DNA of 64,000 nt from Octopus vulgaris (GCA_951406725.2 OX597826.1:73036001-73100000); one strand, 5' to 3'; numbered from the stretch's first letter, positions 1-14,178 are shown. A program made the numbers and translations. Notes: generated by a model not told the origin, from the sequence alone.

Positions 1-1059
1 AGAAATCATACCACCTAACAAATATGAAGAAGAAGAAGAAGAAGAAGAAGAAGAAGAAGAAGAAGAAGAAGAAGAAGAAGAAGAAGAAGAAGAAGAAGAA
101 GAAGAAGAAGAAGAAGAAGAAACAACAAAAGCTATAAAACAAATGAAATCCAAACTAAAAATAGAACAGCAACGAACCATGATAAAACGATGGCAAGAAA
201 AGCCCCTTCATGGCAAATACTGGACTAAACTAAATGCAAAAGAAATAGACAAAGAAAAAGCCCAGTAATGGTTGAGAAGCTCAGGACTCAAAGCAGAGAC
301 AGAAGGATTTTTAATTGCAGCACAAGACCAAAGCCTCCCCACCAGAAATTACCAAAAGCATGTAATGAAAAGAAATATAACATGTAACTGCAGAATGTGT
401 GGAGATGGACAAGAAACAATAAATCATATTATCTCTGGCTGCCCAGTCCTGGCTAAGAAGGAATATATTTACAGACACGACAAAGTTGGGACCTATATAC
501 ACTGGAAACTATGCCAACATTATGGAATAACAACAGAAAAAAGATGGTATAGGCACACACCAGAAAAGGTCACAGAAAACGATAAAGCAACCATACTCTG
601 GGATATGCCAATACACACAGATAGAGAAATTAAAGCCAACAGACCAGATATAGTTGTCAGAGATCATGAAGAAAAAAAATGTTTTCTAATTGATGTATCA
701 ATACCAGCGGATGACAACGTGTCTCTAAAAGAAATGGAGAAACTTTCAAAATACAAAGACCTGGAAATAGAGGTAACCAGAATGTGGAATCTAAAAACAA
801 ACAATTCCTATCATAATAGGTGCATTAGGCATGATAAAAAAATATTCAGACAAATACATAACAAAAACACCAGGACTTACAAACACATATAACATACAGA
901 AAATTGCACTACTAGGCACTGCACACATCCTACGCAGAACACTTTCCATACAGTAACCATCAGAGCATCACAACAAATCACAGCACATACCCAAGGCCCA
1001 CAGAGCTGCGCTCGGTAGTGAAGTGAAAGCACGATATAAAAAATATAAAAAATATACTA

Positions 1060-1062
<3 letters not shown>
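1..1062 (+). mobile_element. R4/Dong-clade non-LTR retrotransposon, 3' part (zinc knuckle + RLE endonuclease), decayed
   Basis: Frame 2 reads ...WQEKPLHGKY..Q*WLRSSGLKAETEGFLIAAQDQ..CRMC..ETINHIISGC..RHD..LWD..RPDIVV..LIDVSIP..K..KYKDL. There is a premature TAA at 266-268 and a frameshift near 800, after which IPIIIGALG..IQKIALLGTAHILR ends at 956. The 3' UTR runs into (TAA)n at ~1063. Confidence 0.9.
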
Positions 1063-1141
<79 letters not shown>

Positions 1142-1375
1142 TAAACCAGGCATTGTCGTGGTGAAAAACAAAAGAAAGAACAAAACTGGGCATTGTTGTG
1201 ATGAATAAAAATAGATAACCGACATTGTATGTCCTGGTGAAAACAGGATGAAAGAGAAAGAAGAAAAAAATGAACAACTGATGGTTTCTTTGCCCTAGGA
1301 GTCGGGAAGACACTCGGCAAAAATCGAAGCAAATTTGAAAGAAGAAAAAAAAAGATAACAACAATAATAATGATG

Positions 1376-1433
<58 letters not shown>

Positions 1434-1455
1434 GAAGAAGAAGAAGAAGAAGAAG

Positions 1456-2588
1456 AAAACAAGAAAGCATCATACTCAGTCACAAAACAGGCAAAGGAAT
1501 ATCTAAGTGAATTCCGAATACAACCAATTTCGGAATTAGAGATAGATATACAAGAAACAAACACAGAAAAAGCTAGGCGCATGAAAACCCGTGCCAAAAC
1601 TGCGGCCTTAGATATTCTGAATAATAAATGGCAAGAAAAACCTCTCTATGGCAAATACCCAAAGAGAGCGAATAATGCAGATATCGACAAAGCCCTGACC
1701 CATCAATGGCTAATGTCCTCTGGCTTAAAATCTGAAACAGAGGGGTTTATCATAGCAGCTCAAGATCAATGCCTACCAACAAGAAACTATCAGACCAACA
1801 TATTAAAGAACGGCAGTAGCCCAACATGTCGTGTATGCCGACAACAGAATGAAACCATTGACCATGTTGTCTCCAAATGCAGTCTTCTAGCGCCTACAGA
1901 GTACCTCATAGGCATGATAGAGCAGCACAATATATTCACTGGGTAATTTGCAAAAACCTCGATTTGCCCCATGAAAAAAACTGGTGGGAACACAATCCAC
2001 CTCCTGTGCTTGAAAATGACCACATCTCACTCTTCTGGAACTTCACCATTCAAACTGACAGGAAGATAGATGAAAATAGGCCAGACATCATATTGAAAGA
2101 CTTCAGACAAAGAACATGCCTCCTCATTGATATGACTGTCCCAATCGATATAAACGTATCTGTCAAGACCTACCAAAAACTGAGCAAATATAAAGATCTT
2201 GAAATAGAAAAAAGCAAAATGTGGAACCTGAAAACTAAAACAATACCTGTTGTCATAGGAGTCCTGGGAATGATAGCGAAAGGGGCTGATTGCTACCTAA
2301 CTCAGATTCTAGGAAACCCCAAAATGGCAGAAATTCAAAAGATAGTGCTCATGGGAACTGCTCATATCCTACGCAAAATGCTTTCTATGTAATCTCAGGG
2401 TTTAAAACAAACATAATTTTCGTTTTTTTTTTGTGTGGACATTCACAAGTACAATACAAAAAAACCCCCCAAATACATGGCACACTAGGCATAACAACAA
2501 CATGAACTTCCAACCTGTTGTCTCTTGAGGTCTCTGGGTAAGACTTGGAGCCAACTTGTACAAATATAAAGCAAAAGTCAAACATAGA
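1456..2588 (+). mobile_element. R4/Dong-clade LINE 3' fragment (second subfamily), 5'-truncated
   Basis: ORFs 1581-1946 and 1877-2392 (frameshift ~1908) give SGLKSETEGFIIAAQDQ, CRVC..HVVSKC, RHD, RPDII..LLIDMTVP and KYKDL, with the stop at 2390-2392. A ~195-bp 3' UTR and (TAA)n follow. Confidence 0.9.
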
Positions 2589-2603
2589 ATAATAATAATA
2601 ATG

Positions 2604-2640
<37 letters not shown>

Positions 2641-3589
2641 TAATAATATAAACCAGGCATTGTCGTGGTGAAAAACAAAAGAAAGAACAAAACTGGGCAT
2701 TGTTGTGATGAATAAAGATAGATAACCGATATTGTATGTCCTGGTGAAAACAGGATGAAAGAGAAAGAAGAAAAAAATGAACAGCTAAGACGATTTGAAG
2801 TAGAAAATACGATGGTTGTGGTCATGAGGAGAGTAGACGTGATACCAATAGAAATTGGTGCACTTGGAAGTATCAGCACTCAACTACTAACGACGGCAAC
2901 AACAGCAACAACAACAACAATAATTCCTCTTAAAATACATAATAATAATAATGATGATGTTGAGGATAATAATAATAATAATTATAATAATAATAATAAT
3001 GGCCATCTCAAGAGAGACACACCGCAAACTCTTACAGTATATGGAGAACACGGAATCAAGACAGGAGGCCCTATTTGGATGATGATGATGATGGTGATGG
3101 TGATGATGATAATGATGATGGTAATGGTGGTGATAATGATGATAGTGATAATAATGGTGATGATAATAACAATAATAAGCCGACAACGGCTGCTATAATG
3201 GTACGATTATAATTGTAACGGCAATGATGGCCGTCTCCCCACGAGCCAATCAAAGCTCAAAAATGATACGAGAACAAATTAGCAAATGTGAGGAGGGATA
3301 TCCTTAGAAATAACAGACTCACAGACAGTGAAATAAGCGCGATCAAGCACGCAACGGAAAATGAAGAGCATTGTCCATGTGAGAACTGTTGCTGCTCATG
3401 TATTTTAATTTAACTTAAAAAAAAATGAACGAACTATTGAGTTTGGTTTAATGGCCTACCAATGTATACTATGAGTTTCTTTGCCCTAGGAGTCGGGAAG
3501 ACACTCGGCAAGAAATGGAAGCAAATTTGAAAGAAGAAAAAAAAAGTAATAATAATAATAATAATAATAATAAGTTATCATGTACATTG

Positions 3590-4097
3590 TTTTGTTGGAA
3601 GTGTTATCATGTACATTGTTTTGTCTTGGTATAAAAGATGGGCTACAGCAAATATTCTGCTCAATACCACAGATTTGCTTGTCAGTTGTTTGACCTTAAC
3701 CAGTTGAGCATGTCCCTTAGTGGCTGACGATATGTGCATCTCTGATCACGAGCAGAAGTAGTGGGGGAGCATCATAGCCATGTGTTGAGAAGGATTCTTT
3801 GGGATTTGAATAATTCACCTCTGGAAACATGGGTGTTTCGTTCAACATCCTTAAACAATCCTTATTCAGGGACCTTTTGAGCGGAATGGGCTACGCGACC
3901 AGAAGAAAATTCTAACTGGGCCCCACCTGCAGGGTCATGTGCTGTTAATCTTGATATGATATCACTATGTCGCGCGCATATGATTGTGATGCATGTGCTC
4001 GCTGTAATCTTATCAGACGTGTAGTTATGAAGTGTATACTGGGTTTCGTATATTTTACCCCAGTGTCACTTTGATGGCATGCACTGCTCTCTCACTC

Positions 4098-4098
<1 letters not shown>
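3590..4098. repeat. Unclassified ~500-bp non-coding interspersed repeat ending in (AAT)n; also at ~6130-6636 and ~8708-9213
   Basis: Near-identical in all three units, with no meaningful ORF. It ends ...ctgctctctcactc directly at (AAT)n, as expected for a retroelement end. Confidence 0.55.
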
Positions 4099-4135
<37 letters not shown>

Positions 4136-4162
4136 TAATAATGATAATAATAATAATAATAA

Positions 4163-4882
4163 TCATGTTGTCTCCAAGTGCAGTCTTCTAGCGCCTACAG
4201 AGTATCTCAACAGGCATGATAGAGCTGCACAATATATTCACTGGGTAATTTGCAAAAACCTCGATTTGCCCCATGAAAAAAACTGGTGGGAACACAAACC
4301 ACCTCCAGTGCTTGAAAATGACCACATCTCACTCCTCTGGAACTTCACCATTCAAACTGACAGAAAGATAGATGCAAATAGGCTAGACATCGTATTGAAA
4401 GACTTCAGATAAAGAACATGCCTCCTCATTGATATGACTGTCCCAATCGATATAAACGTATCTGTCAAGACCTACCAAAAACTGAGCAAATATAAAGATC
4501 CTGAAATAGAAAAAAGCAAAATGTGGAACCTGAAAACTAAAACAATACCTGTTGTCATAGGAGTCCTGGGAATGATAGCGAAAGGGGCTGATTGCTACCT
4601 AACTCAGATTCTAGGAAACCCCAAAATGGCAGAAATTCAAAAGATAGTGCTCATGGGAACTGCTCATATCCTACGCAAAATGCTTTCTATGTAATCTCAG
4701 GGTTTAAAACAAACATAATTTTCGTTTTTTTTTGTGTGGACATTCACAAGTACAATACAAAAAAACCCCAAATACATGGCACACTAGGCATAACAACATG
4801 AACTTCCAACCTGTTGTCTCTTGAGGTCTCTGGGTAAGACTTGGAGCCAACTTGTACAAATATAAAGCAAAAGTCAAACATA

Positions 4883-4884
<2 letters not shown>
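4163..4884 (+). mobile_element. R4/Dong-clade LINE 3' fragment (unit 2)
   Basis: HVVSKCSLLAPTEYLNRHDRAAQYIHW..DFR* then MTVPIDINVSVKTYQKLSKYKD..LSM*. Flanked on both sides by (TAA)n. Confidence 0.88.
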
Positions 4885-4959
<75 letters not shown>

Positions 4960-5911
4960 TAAACCAGGCATTGTCGTGGTGAAAAACAAAAGAAAGAACA
5001 AAACTGGGCATTGTTGTGATGAATAAAGATAGATGACCGATATTGTATGTCCTGGTGAAAACAGGATGAAAGAGAAAGAAGAAAAAAATGAACAGCTAAG
5101 ACGATTTGAAGTAGAAAATACGATGGTTGTGGTCAATGAGGAGAGTAGACGTGATACCAATAGAAATTGGTGCACTTGGAAGTATCAGCACTCAACTACT
5201 AACGACGGCAACAACAGCAACAACAACAACAATAATTCCTCTTAAAATACATAATAATAATAATGATGATGTTGAGGATAATAATAATAATAATTATAAT
5301 AATAATAATAATGGCCATCTCAAGAGAGACACACCGCAAACTCTTACAGTATATGGAGAACACGGAATCAAGACAGGAGGCCCTATTTGGATGATGATGA
5401 TGATGGTGATGGTGATGATGATAATGATGATGGTAATGGTGGTGATAATGATGATAGTGATAATAATGGTGATGATAATAACAATAATAAGCCGACAACG
5501 GCTGCTATAATGGTACGATTATAATTGTAACGGCAATGATGGCCGTCTCCCCACGAGCCAATCAAAGCTCAAAAATGATACGAGAACAAATTAGCAAATG
5601 TGAGGAGGGATATCCTTAGAAATAACAGACTCACAGACAGTGAAATAAGCGCGATCAAGCACGCAACGGAAAATGAAGAGCATTGTCCATGTGAGAACTG
5701 TTGCTGCTCATGTATTTTAATTTAACTTTAAAAAAAAATGAACGAACTATTGAGTTTGGTTTAATGGCCTACCAATGTATACTATGAGTTTCTTTGCCCT
5801 AGGAGTCGGGAAGACACTCGGCAAGAAATGGAAGCAAATTTGAAAGAAGAAAAAAAAAGTAATAATAATAATAATAATAATAATGATAATAATGATAATA
5901 ATAATAATAAC

Positions 5912-6051
<140 letters not shown>

Positions 6052-6635
6052 TAATAATAATAATAATAATTATAATAATAATAATTATAATAATAATAAT
6101 AATAATAATAAGTTATCATGTACATTGTTTTGTTGGAAGTGTTATCATGTACATTGTTTTGTCTTGGTATAAAAGATGGGCTACAGCAAATATTCTGCTC
6201 AATACCACAGATTTGCTTGTCAGTTGTTTGACCTTAACCAGTTGAGCATGTCCCTTAGTGGCTGACGATATGTGCATCTCTGATCACGAGCAGAAGTAGT
6301 GGGGGAGCATCATAGCCATGTGTTGAGAAGGATTCTTTGGGATTTGAATAATTCACCTCTGGAAACATGGGTGTTTCGTTCAACATCCTTAAACAATCCT
6401 TATTCAGGGACCTTTTGAGCGGAATGGGCTACGCGACCAGAAGAAAATTCTAACTGGGCCCCACCTGCAGGGTCATGTGCTGTTAATCTTGATATGAGAT
6501 CACTATGTCGCGCACATATGGTTGTGATGCATGTGCCTGGTGTACTCTTATCAGACGGGTAGTCATGATGGGTATACTGGGCTTCGTATATTTTACCCCA
6601 GTGTCACTTTGATGGCATGCACTGCTCTCTCACTC

Positions 6636-6670
<35 letters not shown>

Positions 6671-6698
6671 TAATAATGATAATAATAATAATAATAAT

Positions 6699-7419
6699 CA
6701 TGTTGTCTCCAAGTGCAGTCTTCTAGCGCCTACAGAGTATCTCAACAGGCATGATAGAGCTGCACAATATATTCACTGGGTAATTTGCAAAAACCTCGAT
6801 TTGCCCCATGAAAAAAACTGGTGGGAACACAAACCACCTCCAGTGCTTGAAAATGACCGCATCTCACTCCTCTGGAACTTCACCATTCAAACTGACAGAA
6901 AGATAGATGCAAATAGGCTAGACATCGTATTGAAAGACTTCAGATAAAGAACATGCCTCCTCATTGATATGACTGTCCTAATCGATATAAACGTATCTGT
7001 CAAGACCTACCAAAAACTGAGCAAATATAAAGATCTTGAAATAGAAAAAAGCAAAATGTGGAACCTGAAAACTAAAACAATACCTGTTGTCATAGGAGTC
7101 CTGGGAATGATAGCGAAAGGGGCTGATTGCTACCTAACTCAGATTCTAGGAAACCCCAAAATGGCAGAAATTCAAAAGATAGTGCTCATGCGAACTGCTC
7201 ATATCCTACGCAAAATGCTTTCTATGTAATCTCAGGGTTTAAAACAAACATAATTTTCGTTTTTTTTTGTGTGGACATTCACAAGTACAATACAAAAAAA
7301 AACCCCAAATACATGGCACACTAGGCATAACAACATGAACTTCCAACCTGTTGTCTCTTGAGGTCTCTGGGTAAGACTTGGAGCCAACTTGTACAAATAT
7401 AAAGCAAAAGTCAAACATA

Positions 7420-7421
<2 letters not shown>
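6699..7421 (+). mobile_element. R4/Dong-clade LINE 3' fragment (unit 3)
   Basis: Same truncation point and same internal stop as unit 2. Flanked by (TAA)n. Confidence 0.88.
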
Positions 7422-7505
<84 letters not shown>

Positions 7506-8486
7506 TAAACCAGGCATTGTCGTGGTGAAAAACAAAAGAAAGAACAAAACTGGGCATTGTTGTGATGAATAAAGATAGATGACCGATATTGTATGTCCTG
7601 GTGAAAACAGGATGAAAGAGAAAGAAGAAAAAAATGAACAGCTAAGACGATTTGAAGTAGAAAATACGATAGTTGTGGTCAATGAGGAGAGTAGACGTGA
7701 TACCAATAGAAATTGGTGCACTTGGAAGTATCAGCACTCAACTACTAACGACGGCAACAACAGCAACAACAACAACAATAATTCCTCTTAAAATACATAA
7801 TAATAATAATGATGATGTTGAGGATAATAATAATAATAATTATAATAATAATAATGATAATGGCCATCTCAAGAGAGACACACCGCAAACTCTTACAGTA
7901 TATGGAGAACACGGAATCAAGACAGGAGGCCCTATTTGGATGATGATGATGATGGTGATGGTGATGATGATAATGATGATGGTAATGGTGGTGATAATGA
8001 TGATAGTGATAATAATGGTGATGATAATAACAATAATAAGCCGACAACGGCTGCTATAATGGTACGATTATAATTGTAACGGCAATGATGGCCGTCTCCC
8101 CACGAGCCAATCAAAGCTCAAAAATGATACGAGAACGAATTAGCAAATGTGAGGAGGGATATCCTTAGAAATAACAGACTCACAGACAGTGAAATAAGCG
8201 CGATCAAGCACGCAACGGAAAATGAAGAGCATTGTCCATGTGAGAACTGTTGCTGCTCATGTATTTTAATTTAACTTTAAAAAAAAATGAACGAACTATT
8301 GAGTTTGGTTTAATGGCCTACCAATGTATACTATGAGTTTCTTTGCCCTAGGAGTCGGGAAGACACTCGGCAAGAAATGGAAGCAAATTTGAAAGAAGAA
8401 AAAAAGTAATAATAATAATAATAATAATAATGATAATAATGATAATAATAATAATAACAATAATAATAATAATAATAATAATAATG

Positions 8487-8586
<100 letters not shown>

Positions 8587-9212
8587 TAATAATAATAATA
8601 ATGATGATAATAATAATAATAATTATAATAATAATAATTATAATAATAATAATAATAATAATAATAAGTTATCATGTACATTGTTTTGTTTATCATGTAC
8701 ATTGTTTTGTTGGAAGTGTTATCATGTACATTGTTTTGTCTTGGTATAAAAGATGGGCTACAGCAAATATTCTGCTCAATACCACAGATTTGCTTGTCAG
8801 TTGTTTGACCTTAACCAGTTGAGCATGTCCCTTAGTGGCTGACGATATGTGCATCTCTGATCACGAGCAGAAGTAGTGGGGGAGCATCATAGCCATGTGT
8901 TGAGAAGGATTCTTTGGGATTTGAATAATTCACCTCTGGAAACATGGGTGTTTCGTTCAACATCCTTAAACAATCCTTATTCAGGGACCTTTTGAGCGGA
9001 ATGGGCTACGCGACCAGAAGAAAATTCTAACTGGGCCCCACCTGCAGGGTCATGTGCTGTTAATCTTGATATGAGATCACTATGTCGCGCACATATGGTT
9101 GTGATGCATGTGTCTGGTGTACTCTTATCAGACGGGTAGTCATGATGGGTATACTGGGCTTCGTATATTTTACCCCAGTGTCACTTTGATGGCATGCACT
9201 GCTCTCTCACTC

Positions 9213-9245
<33 letters not shown>

Positions 9246-9246
<1 letters not shown>

Positions 9247-11610
9247 TGAGGGAATATTATTCCAAACTTACAGGGAAACATTCAATTTAGAAATACTAAA
9301 TCAAATTTCACAAAATATAATATATATATATATAAATTAGAAAAAAACCCCACCTTTTATCATTTCAATAATGAAAAATTAAATTATACCATTTAGAAAA
9401 ATTACATATCATAGAAAGATTAAATATAAGATAAAACATATAACAATGATTAAGTAATGGGCGAAATAATAAATAAAACGTGTATATTTGGTAGAATAAT
9501 GAAACGTGTTTCGTGGCTATATTTAAGAAATGATAATAGTAAAAATAATAGTAGTAGTAGTAGTAAAATCACTTCAATATATATATAGCCACTCTTCAGG
9601 TTAAAGGTAACAACAATAATAAAATAATTAATTAGATAAATTAGTAAATATACGTAAATCTTGTAAAATACGAAATATCTTAAAATATTCTTGTTTAAAA
9701 AATAAGATACAATTAATTAAAATATTTAAAACAAATATATATATATATAAGATACAAAATATACATTAAGTGAAAGCTAAATACTATAATTTAAACTATA
9801 TACATTAAATTATTAATTATTTAATTAATTAATTTTTAAAAAATCTAAATAAAATCTTATGCTCATTAAGTAAGTTATATTAAAAACCTTAATGTTAAAT
9901 AATATACATAATGTTAGTGCAAGCTATAAATATTGGAATCAAAAATAGGAAATGGTTCAAATATATACACACCTATTAGATAAACTAACTATATTATTAA
10001 TATATATGTAGTATCTATAGATTTAATATTTTACTCAATAATATAGTTGACCAAAATATCAATTAATAGAAGACTAATTTACTTAAATGTAATACTACGT
10101 AATAAATATACCACCTAACTATTAAATAATGTATTGTCTTACATAAACTAATTCTCAAATTAAATTATATGTAATACATTAAATCACATTATAAAAATAA
10201 TAATAAAGGATAATAAATAAATAGATATACATATCATAACTAATAATTATCAAGAAATTATATATAAAATTAATATTTTAACAACAATAATAATAATCAA
10301 ACTTAATACAATTCAAAAGTTAAATAATATTGTTAAATAAAAAAAAGGTTACTTAGGTTGTCGATGAAAATAACATAACTGAATTTTAAACGTAAAAATG
10401 TAGGTCTTATCGTTTATAAGAAATTAAACTCGTGAAGACGTTGTGTAAAAAAATAGAATAAAATTATCAATGAAAATGACGAAAAATATTTATTAATGAA
10501 AAAGACGAAAATTATTTAAGCTTCATGAATTAAAGAAAAATAGAATAACAAAAGAACGATAAATGACTGTTTACTATAAATTAATTTCCAAATAATTATT
10601 ACGTAAAATATACATATAATATTAAATTAATTTATATTGCTATAACTAATAGTCTTAATAAAATTATATATAATCATTTATGTATTAAGAAATATCTAAG
10701 TTGAAAATTGTTCAAATATATTAATATAACATATAATAATATAGTAAATTATACTCTAATACTATTAAATTATATCTACAAGAAATAAATAACATAAAAA
10801 GAAATAAGGTTTTATACATACGGAAAAATAAGTTAAACGCATTATATAGGTAAATAAATTTATGCCAGCATTTAAATTTAAGTGACTATTTACTATAAAT
10901 TTAAACTCTAAATAATAAGTAAGTAAAATATATATATTATATTTAAATTAATTTATATTACTATAATTAATATATCTTAATATATTTATATAATCATTTA
11001 TTTATTAGCTAAACCTATTATATAGGTAATTTAGTTTATGTTTATATTTAATTTTACGTTTCTTCAATGAGTTTACCAACACATAATTGTTATTAAATAA
11101 TATTTCTTTGAATTCATTATTACACAATGAACAATAATTACTCCCTATACAATATGATTTAGCCTTACTTATAATCTCCCAAGTTAATTTATATTTAATA
11201 GATCTAGATTTAAGGTCCCAAATATATTTACTGAGACCTGTTGAATTTATTAAATTTTTATTCCTAAAAGAATACATATGTTGAGATACTCTTGATTTAA
11301 TTTTATTCGAAGTGGACCCTATATAAATAGTGTTTAAATTATGATAATTCAAATTCTTATCATCTATTAAAGTTACCATACACTTATAGACTACATTATC
11401 TAAATTACAATTATTATTAAATATACATGTAGTCTTATCCCTACATGTACAATCAATTAAATCTTGGTCTTTATTATTATTATTGGAATCAATATTTAAT
11501 TTATCTTTATAGTATTTATTTAATTTAAATGTATTAAATGGAGAAATAATATTACCAACATTATTAGTAGTTGAATACCCAACTCCAAAATTATTATTAG
11601 AAAAAGGGTT
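9246..11610 (-). mobile_element. Penelope-like element remnant (GIY-YIG endonuclease + very AT-rich 3' region)
   Basis: The open frame 11610->11005 reads ..GVGYSTTNN..DCTCRDKTTCIFNNNCNLDNVVYKC..IYIGSTSNKIKSRVSQHMYSF..STGLSKYIWDLK..WEIISKA..CSLCNNE..LVN, a PLE-type Cys-linker plus GIY-YIG. No RT is present. The 9246-9375 end recurs at ~49085-49210. Confidence 0.85.
9501..9600 (-). ncRNA. Degenerate hammerhead-like motif with long loop II in the Penelope 3' region
   Basis: The minus strand reads CUGAAGA-guggcuauau-(long AT-rich loop)-auauagccac-GAAAC-acguuuc. Stem II is a perfect 10 bp, but stems I and III are poor. Confidence 0.4.
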
Positions 11611-11854
11611 AATATCATTGTTATATGTTTTATCTTATATTTAATATATACGAGAGGTATTGGTATCCAGAAGACCCAAGTTGGCAGGTAACGTTATATA
11701 AGTGCTATGTAAGGACCGTAGTTAAACTCTCCGTTGGATGATACGAGTGAGGAGTCTAATGCGGGTCTAGTATGAGCATGTATATGTTAAATAAAATGAG
11801 ACAACAAACCGAAGGCTGTGTGTAATTTTCAGGACATTTATAAAGCGGAAGTTA

Positions 11855-11902
11855 GTCTTACAGCTGTTTCTGAGATATTTGGGATATCCCTTCATCAGAG
11901 AC
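11855..11902 (-). ncRNA. Minimal type-I hammerhead ribozyme (Penelope pLTR type)
   Basis: gucu-CUGAUGA-a-gggauau-cccaa-auaucuc-a-GAAA-cagcug-UA-agac. Stem I is gucu/agac, stem II is 7 bp, and stem III is the palindrome acagcugu. Confidence 0.75.
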
Positions 11903-12025
11903 GATGTAAGGTGGTTAATAGAGTGAAATATTAGAGTTCAATATAAAGATTTATTTTTCCTTCCTTTTCCAAAATAACTACTTATATTGATCTCCAATAT
12001 TCCCCTCAATTAACCATCTCACGTC

Positions 12026-12073
12026 GTCTTTGACGAAGGGATAGCCCTAATATCTCAGAAACAGCTGTAAGAC
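12026..12073 (+). ncRNA. Hammerhead ribozyme copy with C3U core change (inverted partner of 11855-11902)
   Basis: gucu-UUGACGA-agggauagcccuaauaucuca-GAAA-cagcug-UA-agac. Confidence 0.55.
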
Positions 12074-12219
12074 TAACTTTCTCTTTATAAATGTCCAGAA
12101 AATTCCACACAGCCGTTGCTTTGTTGTATCATTTTATTTAACATATACATATATGTATGTATGCATATATGTTTACACTCATTCATATATATATCTATAT
12201 ATATATATATATATATATC

Positions 12220-12697
12220 GTGACGTATATTTGCCATTTCAATATGGCTAACCCCTAAGGGTGGATGCTACTGTAGTTTTTAGCCCCAGGAAGACACACT
12301 CCTCCAGCTGGCCATAGACACACTTTCTGTGCCCTATCAGTATTTGCAAAGGGAAGTCATCCTTCCCGTCTTCAACTTATGATACACACGGACTCGAGTT
12401 TCGAGGTATTGACCTCTCGTCAGCGTGTGACAATCATAGTTGTCGGCGAGAATTAGATTTCCTTCACAAATACTTATACTTTTTCCAGCGTCCACTGTCG
12501 CTGATATTGAAAAAGTGAAATCAAACAATGATAAATATCAAAGTGAGTTATATACAGTAGCGGTGACACATTGTGACGTATATTTGCCATTACAATATGG
12601 CTAACCCCTAAGGGTGGATGCTACTGTAGTTTTTAGCCCCAGGAAGACACACTCCTCCAGCTGGCCATAGACACACTTTCTGTGCCCTATCAGTATT
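12220..12697 (-). mobile_element. Retrozyme-like / non-autonomous Penelope-type element, 353-bp unit in 1.35 tandem copies
   Basis: 125-bp direct repeats at 12220-12344 and 12573-12697 (1 mismatch) bracket a canonical hammerhead. The 3' end in ribozyme sense abuts (TA)n. Non-coding. Confidence 0.75.
12385..12429 (-). ncRNA. Canonical type-I hammerhead ribozyme
   Basis: cacacg-CUGACGA-gaggu-caau-accuc-GAAA-cucgag-UC-cgugug. All core nucleotides are present, with a 6-bp stem I, a 5-bp stem II, the palindromic stem III acucgagu and a GUC cleavage triplet. Confidence 0.9.
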
Positions 12698-12926
12698 ACA
12701 TTTATCAGAGTATAGTTTTATAGATCCATTACAGGTGAGAAAAACCGATTATTGTCTAACTGGATGGTTATCCAATGCTCTTCAGAGGTTGCATATACGG
12801 AGGCGAAACTGATCTGTAAACCTGGCTATAATGGACCTGTAATACTTTATACTTTAATTGATATGTTCACTCAACTGACAAACATACGAGTGCCTATTTT
12901 TTCTGACTTATAAATCGTTAGATGAC

Positions 12927-13120
12927 CTACATACATACATACATACACACATACATACATACATACATACATACATACATACATACATACATACATACAT
13001 ACATACATACATACACACACATACACACACACATACATACATACATACATACATACATACATACATACATACATACATACAAACATACATACATACATAC
13101 ATACATACATACACACACAC

Positions 13121-13153
<33 letters not shown>

Positions 13154-13271
13154 CATACATACATACATACATACACACACATACATACATACATACATAC
13201 ATACATACATACAAACATACATACATACATACATACATACACACACATACATACATACATACATACATACA

Positions 13272-13305
<34 letters not shown>

Positions 13306-13331
13306 CATACATACATACATACATTCATACA

Positions 13332-13365
<34 letters not shown>

Positions 13366-13379
13366 CATACATACATACA

Positions 13380-13410
<31 letters not shown>
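12927..13410. repeat. (TACA)n microsatellite
   Basis: Direct reading. Source of the spurious YIHT/MYVC ORFs. Confidence 0.95.
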
Positions 13411-13412
<2 letters not shown>

Positions 13413-13459
13413 CTTTGTATGTACATATCTATGCATGTATGTACCTATGCATGTACATA

Positions 13460-13678
13460 AATCTTTAGTCCTTTATTTGTTCAGTCATTGTGTTACGGCC
13501 ATGCTGGGGCACCGCCTTTAAAGGTTTTAGTCGAGCAAATTGACCCCTTACTTATATTTTTAAAGTCTGGTACTTACTCTATCTGACTCTTAAGCCAAAC
13601 AGTAAAGCCACAAGCGTAAACAGACCAACACCGGTTGTCAAACGATAGTGGACCTACACAAACACCAATACACACACT

Positions 13679-13729
<51 letters not shown>

Positions 13730-13833
13730 GTATGTATGTGTGTATGTATGTATGTATTTATGTATGTATGTAAGTATGTAAGTATGTAGTATGTATGTAT
13801 GTAAGTATGTATGTATGTATGTATGTATGTATG

Positions 13834-13864
<31 letters not shown>

Positions 13865-14178
13865 GTACGTATGTAAGTATGTATGTATGTAAGTATGTAT
13901 GTATGTATGTATGTATGTATGTATATATGTATGTATGTATTTATGTATGTATTTATGTATGTATGTAAGTATGTATGTATGTATGTATGTATGTATGTAT
14001 GTATGTATGTATGTAGTATGTATGTATGTAAGTATGTATGCATGTATGTGTGTGTGTATGTATGTATTTATGTATGTAAGTAAGTAAGTATGTATGTATG
14101 TATGTATGTATGTATGCATGCATGCATGTATGTATGTATGTATGTATGTATGTATGTATGTATGTATGTATGTATGTA

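Noticed and set aside
9246-11610. Organellar or AT-rich endosymbiont insertion
   Set aside because: The only coding signal is a Penelope-type GIY-YIG, and the terminus recurs at ~49085 as an interspersed repeat.
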